DNA of 64,000 nucleotides from Candidatus Iainarchaeum sp. (GTDB taxonomy: Archaea > Iainarchaeota > Iainarchaeia > Iainarchaeales > UBA10219): positions 288,001 to 352,000 of the forward strand of contig JAGVWE010000002.1 of assembly GCA_018304425.1 (NCBI GenBank). Reading direction: 5' to 3'. Both the position numbers and the translations under genes were made by a program. Below, piece after piece: positions 55,067-63,998 of the stretch. Each line of letters begins with the position of its first letter. The first letter of the stretch is position 1. The notes beneath the pieces were generated by a model, which saw nothing but the letters and a program-made list of their open reading frames with translations, ran no database searches and was not told the origin of the DNA.

Positions 55067-55579
55067 TCACTGGATGGAGGTTACCAGCTTGATGGGGTTC
55101 TTCAAGCAATAAGCTCCCGGGCACCTTTCCCCAGCCAGTTTGTTGATTTCTTCCAACTGCCTCCGGGAAGCCTTGCCAGAGACTGAGAGCGTCAAGGAAA
55201 CCTGTTCGACGATGGGCTCCTGGGACAAGCCAAGGGTCTGGGAGAGGTTGACCTTGTTTTCCGTGGCAATGGACAGCTTGTCCAAGGCCAAGCCTTGCTC
55301 CGTGGCAATGGCGGCAAAAGTCGAAGCATAGCAGGCCGCCAACCCGAACAAGCAATACTGCAGGGGGTCGGGGGCCAGGCCGTGTCCGCCCAGGAAGGGC
55401 GGGCTATCCGCCGACAAAACGGTTTTACCGTTCGCGAACTCGATGGAAGCCGAAAACTGGGGCTTGCCTTCCACAAAATTCCAGTTCCCTTCCACCCGCT
55501 TTGACTTCCTTGCCTGCATGGCATCCTTTTCCACGGATTCAGCAAAGGCCTGCATGGCTTCTGCGTTCACGTTGTTCAT
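55067..55579 (-). CDS. OsmC family protein
   Basis: DSPPFLGG...PDPLQYCLFGLAAC...RCP. Confidence 0.88.
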   Translation of the reverse strand: MNNVNAEAMQAFAESVEKDAMQARKSKRVEGNWNFVEGKPQFSASIEFANGKTVLSADSPPFLGGHGLAPDPLQYCLFGLAACYASTFAAIATEQGLALDKLSIATENKVNLSQTLGLSQEPIVEQVSLTLSVSGKASRRQLEEINKLAGERCPGAYCLKNPIKLVTSIQ

Positions 55580-55613
55580 TCAACCACCCAGGACAAGAAA
55601 AGCCAAAACAATT

Positions 55614-56237
55614 TTATTGGGTTGTGTCTTCCTTGGCTGGCGCAGCCGCCATGCCGGAATCCATCTTGTTGCCACCCGTCATGGAGTCCATGCCGGCTCC
55701 CATGCCGCCCTTTCCCATCATCGCGGCACACATGGGGCACATGCCTGAACCGGACCCCATGCCCATACCGACATAGCCGGATGTCATCAAGCCCATGCGG
55801 AGCTCCATGAGTTCATGCATGGCTTGGGGCGTGGTTTGCTCCATCTCCTCATGCATTTCCTTGCCCATCATGGCTTCCATCAGGGCCTCGCCCTTTTCCT
55901 TCAACTGGGCTTCGGTCAAGCCAGCTTTCTTGGCTTCCTCCAAGGCCGTGGAGAAATCCATTTTCTTCACGGCTTCCAAGTTCATGCCTTTCGCGCCTGA
56001 ACCCATCATGCCCTGCATCATGGAACCCATGCCCTCACCCATCCCGGAACCGGCACCCGAGCCCATCATTCCGGCCATCATCTTGGTCATTTCCGGCGTC
56101 ATTCCACGGGAATAAGGTGAAACCATTCCGGATACGACCAGGTTGTTGCCGTAAAAGTTCAATGCCACTAAGGACAACAAGGCACCCAGCACGACGCCTA
56201 AACCGGCCACCACCAGCAACTTCTTTGAATCCATCAT
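55614..56237 (-). CDS. Membrane-anchored Met/Gly-rich putative copper-binding protein
   Basis: N-terminal TM, MMGSG repeats, GEALMEAMMGKEMHEEM, CPMC. Confidence 0.72.
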   Translation of the reverse strand: MMDSKKLLVVAGLGVVLGALLSLVALNFYGNNLVVSGMVSPYSRGMTPEMTKMMAGMMGSGAGSGMGEGMGSMMQGMMGSGAKGMNLEAVKKMDFSTALEEAKKAGLTEAQLKEKGEALMEAMMGKEMHEEMEQTTPQAMHELMELRMGLMTSGYVGMGMGSGSGMCPMCAAMMGKGGMGAGMDSMTGGNKMDSGMAAAPAKEDTTQ

Positions 56238-56322
56238 ATGTTGAACCTCCAACAAACTTGATTGCATCTATTGGTGCAGGCAAAGTTATTGTGGCTTGCG
56301 GGTTAAACGATTTAAAATCGAT

Positions 56323-56799
56323 TCAAGCCATTTTCTCGTAGTAATCGCTCAAGTAGACCTTGTAGGTCTTGCCGGAACGCTCGCGCACGACGAGCCTTTT
56401 CCGGTCGAGGTTGGACAGCACCGTGGAGGCCTTGGCCCTGCTCCAGCCGAGCCGGAAGACCAGGGAATCCTGGGTTATAGCCTTCGCCGCCTTCACTTCG
56501 GCTAAAAGCCTTTTCTCGTCGTCGGTCAACACGCCTACAATGAATTCAAAGGCCTTGCCCGGCTTCTTCATCCGCCAGCAAAACACCGAAAAAACGAAGC
56601 CAACCCCCAGGCTGAAAAGCACGGCCAGGACATTGGCCAGGAACAGCAGGTTGTCGGAAAAATTCATCATGACCAAGGCAACGGCGCGGCCGGTCACAAA
56701 GGCAAACACGAGGCTGGCCAAAATATAGGCCGTCACCACGACGATGGCGGTTAGGTAAAACCGGCTCACGTTGTCGAGTTCTTCCAACCATTTCACCAT
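56323..56799 (-). CDS. Membrane-anchored winged-HTH regulator (COG2512-like)
   Basis: Two TM helices then LTDDEK...ITQDSL...SRAKASTVL..L.RKRLV.RERSGKT. Confidence 0.8.
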   Translation of the reverse strand: MVKWLEELDNVSRFYLTAIVVVTAYILASLVFAFVTGRAVALVMMNFSDNLLFLANVLAVLFSLGVGFVFSVFCWRMKKPGKAFEFIVGVLTDDEKRLLAEVKAAKAITQDSLVFRLGWSRAKASTVLSNLDRKRLVVRERSGKTYKVYLSDYYEKMA

Positions 56800-56807
56800 T
56801 CAAATCA

Positions 56808-59309
56808 CTAACGGAGTTTGGGTTTATAACCCTGCATCAACAGGGAATTGGAGACCACGCTCACGCTGCTGGCCGCCATGGCAAAGGCCGCGAAGACCGG
56901 GTTGAGGAGCAGGCCCAGGACGGGATACAGGAGCCCGGCCGCCACCGGGATGAGGGCCACGTTGTAGGCAAACGCCCAGAACAGGTTTTGCTTGATTTTC
57001 TTCATGGTGTACTTGCTCAAGTCAATGGCCGTAACAACATCCCGGAGGTCGTCCTTGACCAAGACGATGTGCCCTGCTTCCATGGCGATGTCGGTTCCGG
57101 AGCCGAGCGCGATGCCGATGTCGGCCTGGGTCAGGGCCGGGGCGTCATTGATGCCGTCGCCGACCATGGCAACCAGTTTGCCTTCCGCCTGGAGCTTCTT
57201 GATTTCGGCCGCCTTTTGCTCGGGCAAGACCTCGGAAAGGACCCTGGAAATGCCGAGCTGCTTTCCAATCGCGTTGCCGGTCCGCTTGTTGTCGCCGGTA
57301 ATCATCAGGACCTCGAGGCCCATGGACTGCAGCGTGCGAACCGCGGCGGGGGAATGCTCCTTGAGGGTGTCGGCCACGGCCACCAATCCAACCAGGGTTT
57401 TGTCGACGGCAACCAGCATCACGGTCTTGCCCGCGTCCTCGAGTTTTTCAATCCACTTCTCGTAAACGGAATATGAAAGCTTGTTGTCCTCCATGAGCCT
57501 GCGGTTGCCTAAAAGGATTTCCTTGTCCTTGAATTTTGCGGTGACCCCCTTGCCGGTAACAGACTGGAAGGAATCCGGGTCAGGAACGTCCAGTTGCTGC
57601 TTTTTCGCCCCGTTGACGATGGCTTCACCCAACGGATGCTCGGAGTGCTTTTCCGCAATGGCCGCCAACCGTAGGACCTCGTTTTCGGAAAGGCGTTCCA
57701 GCGGCACCACGTCGGTCACTTCCGGCTCGCCTTTCGTCAGGGTGCCGGTCTTGTCAAACACGATGGCCGTGAGCTTGTGGGCCCTTTCAAGGGCTTCGCC
57801 GGACTTGATGAGGATGCCGTGTTCCGCGCCCTTGCCCGTGCCCACCATGATGGCGGTGGGAGTTGCGAGTCCGAGGGCACAGGGACAGGCGATGATGAGG
57901 ACCGCGATGAAGATGGTGAGCGCGAAAACAAAGGAGCTCATTCCAGGCGGAAAGGAAACCAGGGCAGGGCCCGCGAAATACCAGAACAGGGCGGCTGCCA
58001 TGGCAATGAAGAGGACTACCGGGACGAAGTAGGCCGAAACGAGGTCGGCAAGCCGCTGGATGGGCGCCTTGGAACTCTGCGCTTCTTCCACGATTTTAAT
58101 GATTTGCGCCAAGGCCGTGTCCTTGCCAACCTTGGTGGCCCTGAACTTCAACATGCCGGCCTTGTTGATAGTAGCACCGATGACCGTGTCGCCGACCTTT
58201 TTCTCGACCGGGATGCTCTCCCCCGAAATCATGGACTCGTCCACGGAGGAATGGCCTTGAATGACGACGCCGTCCACGGGAATTTTTTCGCCGGGCCGGA
58301 TGACGACGATGTCACCGACCTGGACCTGGTCAGCCGGAATCTCCATTTCCTTGCCATTGCGTTCAACCCTCGCCGTTTTTGGGGCCAAACCCATGAGCTT
58401 CTTGATGGCCTCGCTGGTCTTGCCGCGCGCAACGGCCTCCAGCAGACGCCCCAAGACAATGAGGGTTATGATGATGGCGGCGGTGTCAAAGTACATGACC
58501 GGCATGCTGTCCTTGGGCACGAACAAGGCCTGGGAGAGGATGCCCGCCACGCTGTAAAAGTAGGCGGCCGAAGTGCCAATGGCAATCAGGGTGTTCATGT
58601 CGGCTGCCTTGTTCTTGAGGGCAACCCAGAAACCACGGTAAAACTGCCAGCCCACCCAGAACTGTACGGGGGTCGCCAGCAGCCACAAAACCCAGTGGCT
58701 GGAAAGCCAGGGAGGAACCCAGGAAAACCATTCAGGGAAGCTGCCGAAAAAGACGGGAACGCTGAGCAGGGCGCCGACCAGGAGCCTCGTCTTTTGGTCG
58801 CGGATTTCCTTCTCGCGGGCCTGTTTCTCCAGGTCCACGGTTTCCCGGGCTTCCTCGAAGGCCTCGTACCCTGCTTCCTTGATGACTACGATTATTTGCG
58901 GCAGGGAGACTTTGCCGGCGTCAAAGGAAACCTCCGCACGCTCGGAGGAGAAATCGACTTTCGTTGAAAGCACGCCCGGCGTGTTGCCAAGGGCCTTGGT
59001 GACCAGGCCCGCGCAGTGCGGCGAAGCCATGCCCATGACTTTGAGGCGCGCAGAAGCCCTGCCGACATTAGGAGAAGACGCGCCCGGCCCAATCGGGGTA
59101 TACCCGAGTTCTTTTATGACGCCGACCAGCTTTTGCTCGCTGGTCTTTTCGGCGTCGAATTCGACCACGGCCTTTTCGGTGCCGAAGTTCACGTTGGCCG
59201 AGGAAACCCCGGGCTCGCGCTTGAGCGCGCCCTCTATCGTAATCGCGCAGCTCGCGCAATGCATGCCCTGGACGCCGATGACGGTTTTCTTTTTTTCGGA
59301 CACGTACAT
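56808..59309 (-). CDS. copA: Copper-translocating P1B-type ATPase
   Basis: GMHCASC HMA domain, CPC, DKTGT, SEHP, GDGIND, YN and MAASS Cu(I) signature. Confidence 0.95.
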   Translation of the reverse strand: MYVSEKKKTVIGVQGMHCASCAITIEGALKREPGVSSANVNFGTEKAVVEFDAEKTSEQKLVGVIKELGYTPIGPGASSPNVGRASARLKVMGMASPHCAGLVTKALGNTPGVLSTKVDFSSERAEVSFDAGKVSLPQIIVVIKEAGYEAFEEARETVDLEKQAREKEIRDQKTRLLVGALLSVPVFFGSFPEWFSWVPPWLSSHWVLWLLATPVQFWVGWQFYRGFWVALKNKAADMNTLIAIGTSAAYFYSVAGILSQALFVPKDSMPVMYFDTAAIIITLIVLGRLLEAVARGKTSEAIKKLMGLAPKTARVERNGKEMEIPADQVQVGDIVVIRPGEKIPVDGVVIQGHSSVDESMISGESIPVEKKVGDTVIGATINKAGMLKFRATKVGKDTALAQIIKIVEEAQSSKAPIQRLADLVSAYFVPVVLFIAMAAALFWYFAGPALVSFPPGMSSFVFALTIFIAVLIIACPCALGLATPTAIMVGTGKGAEHGILIKSGEALERAHKLTAIVFDKTGTLTKGEPEVTDVVPLERLSENEVLRLAAIAEKHSEHPLGEAIVNGAKKQQLDVPDPDSFQSVTGKGVTAKFKDKEILLGNRRLMEDNKLSYSVYEKWIEKLEDAGKTVMLVAVDKTLVGLVAVADTLKEHSPAAVRTLQSMGLEVLMITGDNKRTGNAIGKQLGISRVLSEVLPEQKAAEIKKLQAEGKLVAMVGDGINDAPALTQADIGIALGSGTDIAMEAGHIVLVKDDLRDVVTAIDLSKYTMKKIKQNLFWAFAYNVALIPVAAGLLYPVLGLLLNPVFAAFAMAASSVSVVSNSLLMQGYKPKLR

Positions 59310-59354
59310 CTCCTTTTGTGCAAAACCTTTTAGTGCAAAAGTCTCTTTAACCCG

Positions 59355-59441
59355 CTACCGGGTGTGCATCACCGCAAGCATGCTGACCGTGAACAAGACC
59401 AGCACCAGGATGGCCAAATGCCTCTTTGTTTTTGCGTTCAT
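59355..59441 (-). CDS. Possible 28-aa single-TM peptide
   Basis: ATGA overlap with upstream stop; MNAKTKRHLAILVLVLFTVSMLAVMHTR. Confidence 0.45.
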   Translation of the reverse strand: MNAKTKRHLAILVLVLFTVSMLAVMHTR

Positions 59442-59683
59442 GGAACCCCTTGGTGGCACGCCTCTTCCTTTCCTTCCGTTTCGTTTCCGCCTTGTTTGTG
59501 CATGTCTTTCATTAGGAAGAAATGCAGGAGCGGGCAGAGCAGGAGGAACCCGAAAAACAAGAGGTCGTTGTTGACCCCTAGATAAAGGGCGGCGGCCAGC
59601 AACAGCAGGGGCACCAGGCAGCACGCGAGCATCAGCAACGTGTGATCTTGCCAAACCTGGCTAAACTTTTCCTTCCAAGACAT
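59438..59683 (-). CDS. DUF2933-like small membrane protein
   Basis: HTLLMLACCLVP...LLCPLLHFFLMK.MH; GGAGG RBS. Confidence 0.8.
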   Translation of the reverse strand: MSWKEKFSQVWQDHTLLMLACCLVPLLLLAAALYLGVNNDLLFFGFLLLCPLLHFFLMKDMHKQGGNETEGKEEACHQGVP

Positions 59684-59814
59684 CTTCGCCCTCCGCTTGT
59701 TTATCCATAATTGATTGGACAGGCAAACCGCTTCCTGAACCAGACCAGGTTTTCCTTTAGGAAATGCCTGAACGTTTCCCGGTGCGTTTTGTACGCAGAC
59801 CCCATTCGAATGCA

Positions 59815-59937
59815 CTACTCGAACCGCTTCTTGCACTCGGGGCAGCAGAAGAAATGCATCCGGCCAGCGTGCCTGTGCACAAAAGCCAGCCGGTTGTCTA
59901 CTTCCATCCCGCAAATGGGGTCATGCACGCAACTCAA
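59815..59937 (-). CDS. YHS/TRASH domain metal-binding peptide
   Basis: DPICGMEV...FFCCPECKKRF; TTGA overlap with upstream stop. Confidence 0.8.
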   Translation of the reverse strand: MSCVHDPICGMEVDNRLAFVHRHAGRMHFFCCPECKKRFE

Positions 59938-60224
59938 ATTTTGGTCTCCTGTGCGGTTCTGCCGAGTAACCGGTTGTAGAGCCAGGCCCCCACTGCCAAG
60001 GGCACGGCAACACACACGAAGCCCAAGACAAACCCGATTATGGCGCCGAATGCCGTGGCCCCCAGATAGGGATGAAACACCACGAGAATCCGGTAGGCTT
60101 CGGTATTGAAGCCAAAGAACTGCAGGCCCAGCATTTTGAAGAGGGAAGCCAGGAAGAGATAGACTCCGCCAAGCACGCCGCCGGCAATGCCTATGGCCTT
60201 CACGTTTATGGTTCCAGACATCAT
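59934..60224 (-). CDS. DUF5676-like membrane protein
   Basis: Two TM helices, HPYLG, WLYN; GGAGG RBS. Confidence 0.65.
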   Translation of the reverse strand: MMSGTINVKAIGIAGGVLGGVYLFLASLFKMLGLQFFGFNTEAYRILVVFHPYLGATAFGAIIGFVLGFVCVAVPLAVGAWLYNRLLGRTAQETKI

Positions 60225-60320
60225 TTTTCGCCTCCAACGAATGTTTATCTACTGCTTCCATTCATTCTATTGCGGCGGGCAACAACCCTTCTTTTTTCCG
60301 TTCACGCTTTCACCTCCTGC

Positions 60321-61565
60321 CTAGCGGCTGAACCACCAGAGGATGGCAGCCAAAGCAAGCATGACGAGTCCCGAAGCCAGCTTCATGCGCCGCTTGTTTT
60401 TCACGTCCCACTTCTCCATCTGCAAGACCATGCGCTTGTTGGCGGCCAGGCCCAGGATGACGATGAGGGGCAAGACGAACATGACGTTGTAGAGCAGCAG
60501 ATAAGCCAGGCCCTCCCAGAACTTGGTCTGGAGGGACAACAGGCTCAGGATGCCGACGTAGATTCCGCCGCTGCAGGGGAACTCGCACAACCCGACGAGG
60601 AAGCCGAGCACGATGACGGCCGGCAAGGAAGCCTTCTCCGTGAACTTGACGAGTGCGGGCTTCGTGAAGTCCGGGATTTTCAAGGTGAAGCCCTTGCCAT
60701 ACCAGAAGTAGTCCTTGAGGTTCACCAGGGCAAGCAAGGCCGTGAGCCCGGCCGAGACCTTGGCCAGCAGATGCGGTTCCCCGGAGATGACGATGGCTTG
60801 CAGGATGCCCAAGCCGATGAGGACGTAAGTCAGGAAAATCATGCAGACGTAGACCGCGCCGAGCTTCAAGATGTTGCCGCGGCTGCGGTGGAGGGTATAG
60901 AGAAACGCGATGAAGAACAGCAGGACGCCGAAGGCACAGGGATTGATGCCGTCCACCAAGCCTGTGAAAAGGACCAGGGGAAGGAGCGAGTCCGAGGGCG
61001 TGAACGCATTGCTGGGCAGCTGCGTGCACTCGCTGAGGGGCTGGTCAAGGCGGCACTCCTTGACCTGCTTATCCTTGTCGAGGAGTTTGTAGGTGGCAAG
61101 GTTTTCCACGGAGTCCATGGAATCCTGGAGGACCACGAGTTCCGGCATGGCGTTCAAGGCATACTGGTCGAACAAGGGCCTGAGAAGCTTGACTGGCACG
61201 TGCCCCTCCAGGAACAGCCGGTTGCCCACCACAACCGTCATGTGCCCCTGCAACTCCAGGGGAACGCCCTTTTCCTGGTTGAGGACGGTCAACTCGGCGC
61301 GGACAAAGGGGTCATTGATGAGCAGTTTTTCCTGCACGTTGAGGATGCCGCGCTCCTTTAGGAAGGCATAGAACTCCTGCAAATAGGCATCGCAGTGGCC
61401 GCAGGCCTCGTTCTTGTAGACGATGAGGTCCGGGTTGGAAGTTGGGGCAAAGCCCTGATAGCCGCTCATGGCCCCGTGACTGTGCTCAGCGACTTGGGGA
61501 GGGGTCTGCGCCAACGCCAACGGCAAAAAGGCCAAGAGCAGCAAGGCTATCAGGGTGTTACGCAT
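60321..61565 (-). CDS. Glutaredoxin-like domain fused to CcdA/DsbD-type electron transport membrane domain
   Basis: Signal peptide, CGHC, FLEGHVP, DGINPCAF, CEFPCSGGIY, YNVMFVLP. Confidence 0.85.
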   Translation of the reverse strand: MRNTLIALLLLAFLPLALAQTPPQVAEHSHGAMSGYQGFAPTSNPDLIVYKNEACGHCDAYLQEFYAFLKERGILNVQEKLLINDPFVRAELTVLNQEKGVPLELQGHMTVVVGNRLFLEGHVPVKLLRPLFDQYALNAMPELVVLQDSMDSVENLATYKLLDKDKQVKECRLDQPLSECTQLPSNAFTPSDSLLPLVLFTGLVDGINPCAFGVLLFFIAFLYTLHRSRGNILKLGAVYVCMIFLTYVLIGLGILQAIVISGEPHLLAKVSAGLTALLALVNLKDYFWYGKGFTLKIPDFTKPALVKFTEKASLPAVIVLGFLVGLCEFPCSGGIYVGILSLLSLQTKFWEGLAYLLLYNVMFVLPLIVILGLAANKRMVLQMEKWDVKNKRRMKLASGLVMLALAAILWWFSR

Positions 61566-61585
61566 GCATTCACTTCCACTGGGTT

Positions 61586-61843
61586 TCACTGGGGGCAGTC
61601 GCCGTACTGGTCCGGGTGATGGGAGAGGTGCTGCTTCCACTGGGCTTCATCCGTTCCGGGGGGGGCTTTGCACTTGTCCGGAATTTCTCCCGTTCCCGCC
61701 TGCTGGGCCAGTTTCATGAAGCCCGGCTGGATTTCCTTTGGCGCCGCGGAAGGTGCGGGCTGGCTTGGCTGCAGCCAGACAAAGGCAGCCGCCAAGATGG
61801 CCAGCACCAGGAGACCGTAGACGATTACATCACTTGAATCCAT
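61586..61843 (-). CDS. Small membrane-anchored His/Cys protein
   Basis: TM then DKCKAPPG...WKQHLSHHPDQYGDC; GGAGG RBS. Confidence 0.75.
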   Translation of the reverse strand: MDSSDVIVYGLLVLAILAAAFVWLQPSQPAPSAAPKEIQPGFMKLAQQAGTGEIPDKCKAPPGTDEAQWKQHLSHHPDQYGDCPQ

Positions 61844-61844
61844 T

Positions 61845-62138
61845 TCAACAACCTCCCACCATGTTGGGCAAGTTCTGCAGGTTCTTGGGCAGGCTGGATT
61901 GCGCTCCCGATGGAGCCGCGGATTGCGGCGCCGCCTGGGGCGCGGAAGCCCGGGCCTGCTGGGACGCGCCCTGATAGGCCAGGGAAAGCTTTTCCTTGAG
62001 GCCACCCAAGGCGGACTGCTGTTCCGAAACCGTTTTCGTCAAGGCATTGAGTTGCAGGGCGTGCAGCACCGAAACGAATATCAGGGCTGCAAGGAAAATG
62101 GCCGCCACCGACTCCAACTTCAACTTGAATTCCTTCAT
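61845..62138 (-). CDS. Membrane-anchored coiled-coil protein ending LPNMVGGC
   Basis: TM, coiled coil, Ala/Ser/Gln linker, C-terminal NLPNMVGGC. Confidence 0.78.
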   Translation of the reverse strand: MKEFKLKLESVAAIFLAALIFVSVLHALQLNALTKTVSEQQSALGGLKEKLSLAYQGASQQARASAPQAAPQSAAPSGAQSSLPKNLQNLPNMVGGC

Positions 62139-62139
62139 G

Positions 62140-62847
62140 TCAACAACCTCCCACCATGTCCGGCAACTGGTTCAAGGAACCGGCGCTTACGCCTTTTCCC
62201 TGGGACTGGAGTTGCAGGGCCTTCTGAATGGTCTGCTTGGGGAAAAACAGGGTCTTCCACTTGCTCAACTGATCCAGGATCTGCTCGTTCGTGTATTCAC
62301 TGGCATGGTTCTTGAGCAAGTACATGGCCAGACCCCGCATGGCAGCCGAGTGCGCGCAACCGCAGGAAGGCTTACCATTCGAGAGCACCAGGGATTTCAC
62401 CCCACAACAGTACTCACAGGCAATCATGAAACCAATTTTCACGTACCTTGCCTGCTCGTTCGGGCCCAGGTCCGTGTAATGGAGCTTGCCGTCCGGGAAA
62501 AGGTCGCCATCAAATTTGGAGAGGATGTTCAGGCCTTCCACGGGCTGGTCAAAGGAGACCCCGAGCTCCTTGCCATAGATGTCGGGCGTGCCCCTTGGAA
62601 TGATTTGTTCCACAAGCTGCGCCATCTGCGCGTCGCTGGCCTGGGCCTGGCTGCCCTGGCTACCCGTGACCTGCACCGAAGACGAAGCCAATGGATTGTC
62701 CGCCATGAACTGGTGCATGGCCTTCAATTCCAGGGCCTGGGACTGCATGGTGCCGGACAAGGACGCCATGGCCACGTAGTTGGAACCCAGTATGGCCATC
62801 AAAACAAAGGCCATCAAGGCAAGGGCTAATGTCTTTAAATCGTTCAT
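62140..62847 (-). CDS. Membrane-anchored Cys-cluster protein ending LPDMVGGC
   Basis: TM, IIPRGTPDIYG, CEYCCG, CGCAHSAAMRGL, WKTLFFP, QLPDMVGGC; GGAGG RBS. Confidence 0.8.
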   Translation of the reverse strand: MNDLKTLALALMAFVLMAILGSNYVAMASLSGTMQSQALELKAMHQFMADNPLASSSVQVTGSQGSQAQASDAQMAQLVEQIIPRGTPDIYGKELGVSFDQPVEGLNILSKFDGDLFPDGKLHYTDLGPNEQARYVKIGFMIACEYCCGVKSLVLSNGKPSCGCAHSAAMRGLAMYLLKNHASEYTNEQILDQLSKWKTLFFPKQTIQKALQLQSQGKGVSAGSLNQLPDMVGGC

Positions 62848-62923
62848 TCAATTGCCTCCTGGCCGAAAGGCTTGTTTGGGGCCTTTTCGGCTTTGCATTA
62901 CATGCATTTGCATGCACTGACTG

Positions 62924-62978
62924 GGGCTGAAACCATATATAGCAACTCATGAAACCATGGGGTTGCGGGCTGAAACCA
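62924..62978. promoter_or_regulatory. Three phased TGAAACCA boxes in a divergent promoter
   Basis: TGAAACCA at 62928, 62950, 62971 (22/21-bp spacing); outer two extend to GGGCTGAAACCA. Confidence 0.65.
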
Positions 62979-63017
62979 AGCTATACCATTAAAACGCTAT
63001 TCGTGGAGGGTTTTAGT

Positions 63018-63524
63018 ATGAAGCTCGTGAGCCAGGGAAAGCGGCCGCTGCTGGCCATCCTCATCGTGGTCGCGTTTTTGGTGTTCGTGGCGGTCTTCGT
63101 GAAAATGAACCAGCTGCCCTCCAACGAACCGCACATCGCCAGTGACGGCACGTGCTTGTACGAGCAAAAACTGGACTTCATTGAAACGGTTTTGCCGTTG
63201 CTGGCCAGCCTCGGAATCATGATTGGGGCGTTGACGTATTACTTCATGCACCAGAAAGTGGAGAGCAAGGAAAAGAGCCTGAAAGCCAACACGGACATCC
63301 TGCTGCGGTTCCTGAACAAGGACGAACGGGCCATCGTGAACCGCTTGATTGAAGAACAGGGCAAGGTGCTGCAGTCGGAACTGACGCGGCTGCCCGGCAT
63401 GGGAAAGGTCAAGGCGCATAGAATCGTGCAACGGCTCATTGACCGGAGGGTCATTGAAACCGAGGAACACGGGAAAACGAACATCGTGCGGTTCACGAAA
63501 GAGATACGGGAAGGCCTGCTGTAA
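63018..63524 (+). CDS. Membrane-anchored winged-HTH regulator (COG2512-like)
   Basis: Two TM helices with H/C in the loop, FLNKDERAIV...LQSEL...KVKAHRIV..L...GKTN. Confidence 0.82.
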   Translation: MKLVSQGKRPLLAILIVVAFLVFVAVFVKMNQLPSNEPHIASDGTCLYEQKLDFIETVLPLLASLGIMIGALTYYFMHQKVESKEKSLKANTDILLRFLNKDERAIVNRLIEEQGKVLQSELTRLPGMGKVKAHRIVQRLIDRRVIETEEHGKTNIVRFTKEIREGLL

Positions 63525-63730
63525 TGTGCCTCGCCGCCCCGGCCCGAGTGGTTGCTGTTTCAAGGGAACGGGCTGTGCTCGAGCAGGCGGGTAAACGCTT
63601 GGAGGCCGGCATCGCCGTGGAAGGGCTGGGAAAAGGCGACTGGGTGCTGGTACAACAAGGCCTGGTCGTGGAAGTAATCAGTGAAGCCGAGGCCCGCGAG
63701 GCCCTCAAGGCCTTCAGCGAAGGGCGTTGA
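63524..63730 (+). CDS. hypC: HypC/HupF-like chaperone
   Basis: N-terminal MCLAAPARVV, GDWVLVQQG, ISEAEA. Confidence 0.75.
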   Translation: MCLAAPARVVAVSRERAVLEQAGKRLEAGIAVEGLGKGDWVLVQQGLVVEVISEAEAREALKAFSEGR

Positions 63731-63998
63731 CGGTTTCCAGGTTGGCCGACGAGTATTTTTGGAGGGCGGCGGCCTGCGCGAATGACAGCCGTTCAACCGC
63801 CGTGCCCCAGTGGAAGGAAACCAGGTCGCCTAGTTTGGGCTGCTCGACAAAGGGGTTTTCGACTTCCCGAATGCAGGGCTCAAAGGAAAACCTTCCCCCT
63901 TCTTCCACGAGCCGCTTGGCCGCCAACGTCAAGCGCTGGCCCTGGCAGCCCAGGACCTTGCCGGCCAGGGGCAGGCACTTGCCCAGGTTCCCGATGAT
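63714..63998 (-). CDS. DUF6390-like protein, C-terminal part (5' end outside window)
   Basis: Open to window edge; KCLPLAGKV...GDLVSFHWGTAVERLS...LQKYS. Confidence 0.65.
   Translation of the reverse strand: MIGNLGKCLPLAGKVLGCQGQRLTLAAKRLVEEGGRFSFEPCIREVENPFVEQPKLGDLVSFHWGTAVERLSFAQAAALQKYSSANLETVNALR

Noticed and set aside
59701-59805. 34-aa minus-strand ORF MGSAYKTHRETFRHFLKENLVWFRKRFACPINYG in the copper operon
   Set aside because: It fills the gap plausibly but has no clear RBS or motif; not enough support to call.
61845-62159. Selenocysteine read-through of GGC-TGA (thioredoxin-reductase-like Cys-Sec tail)
   Set aside because: The read-through sequences of the two genes are unrelated and run into the next gene's start; no SECIS or sel genes seen.
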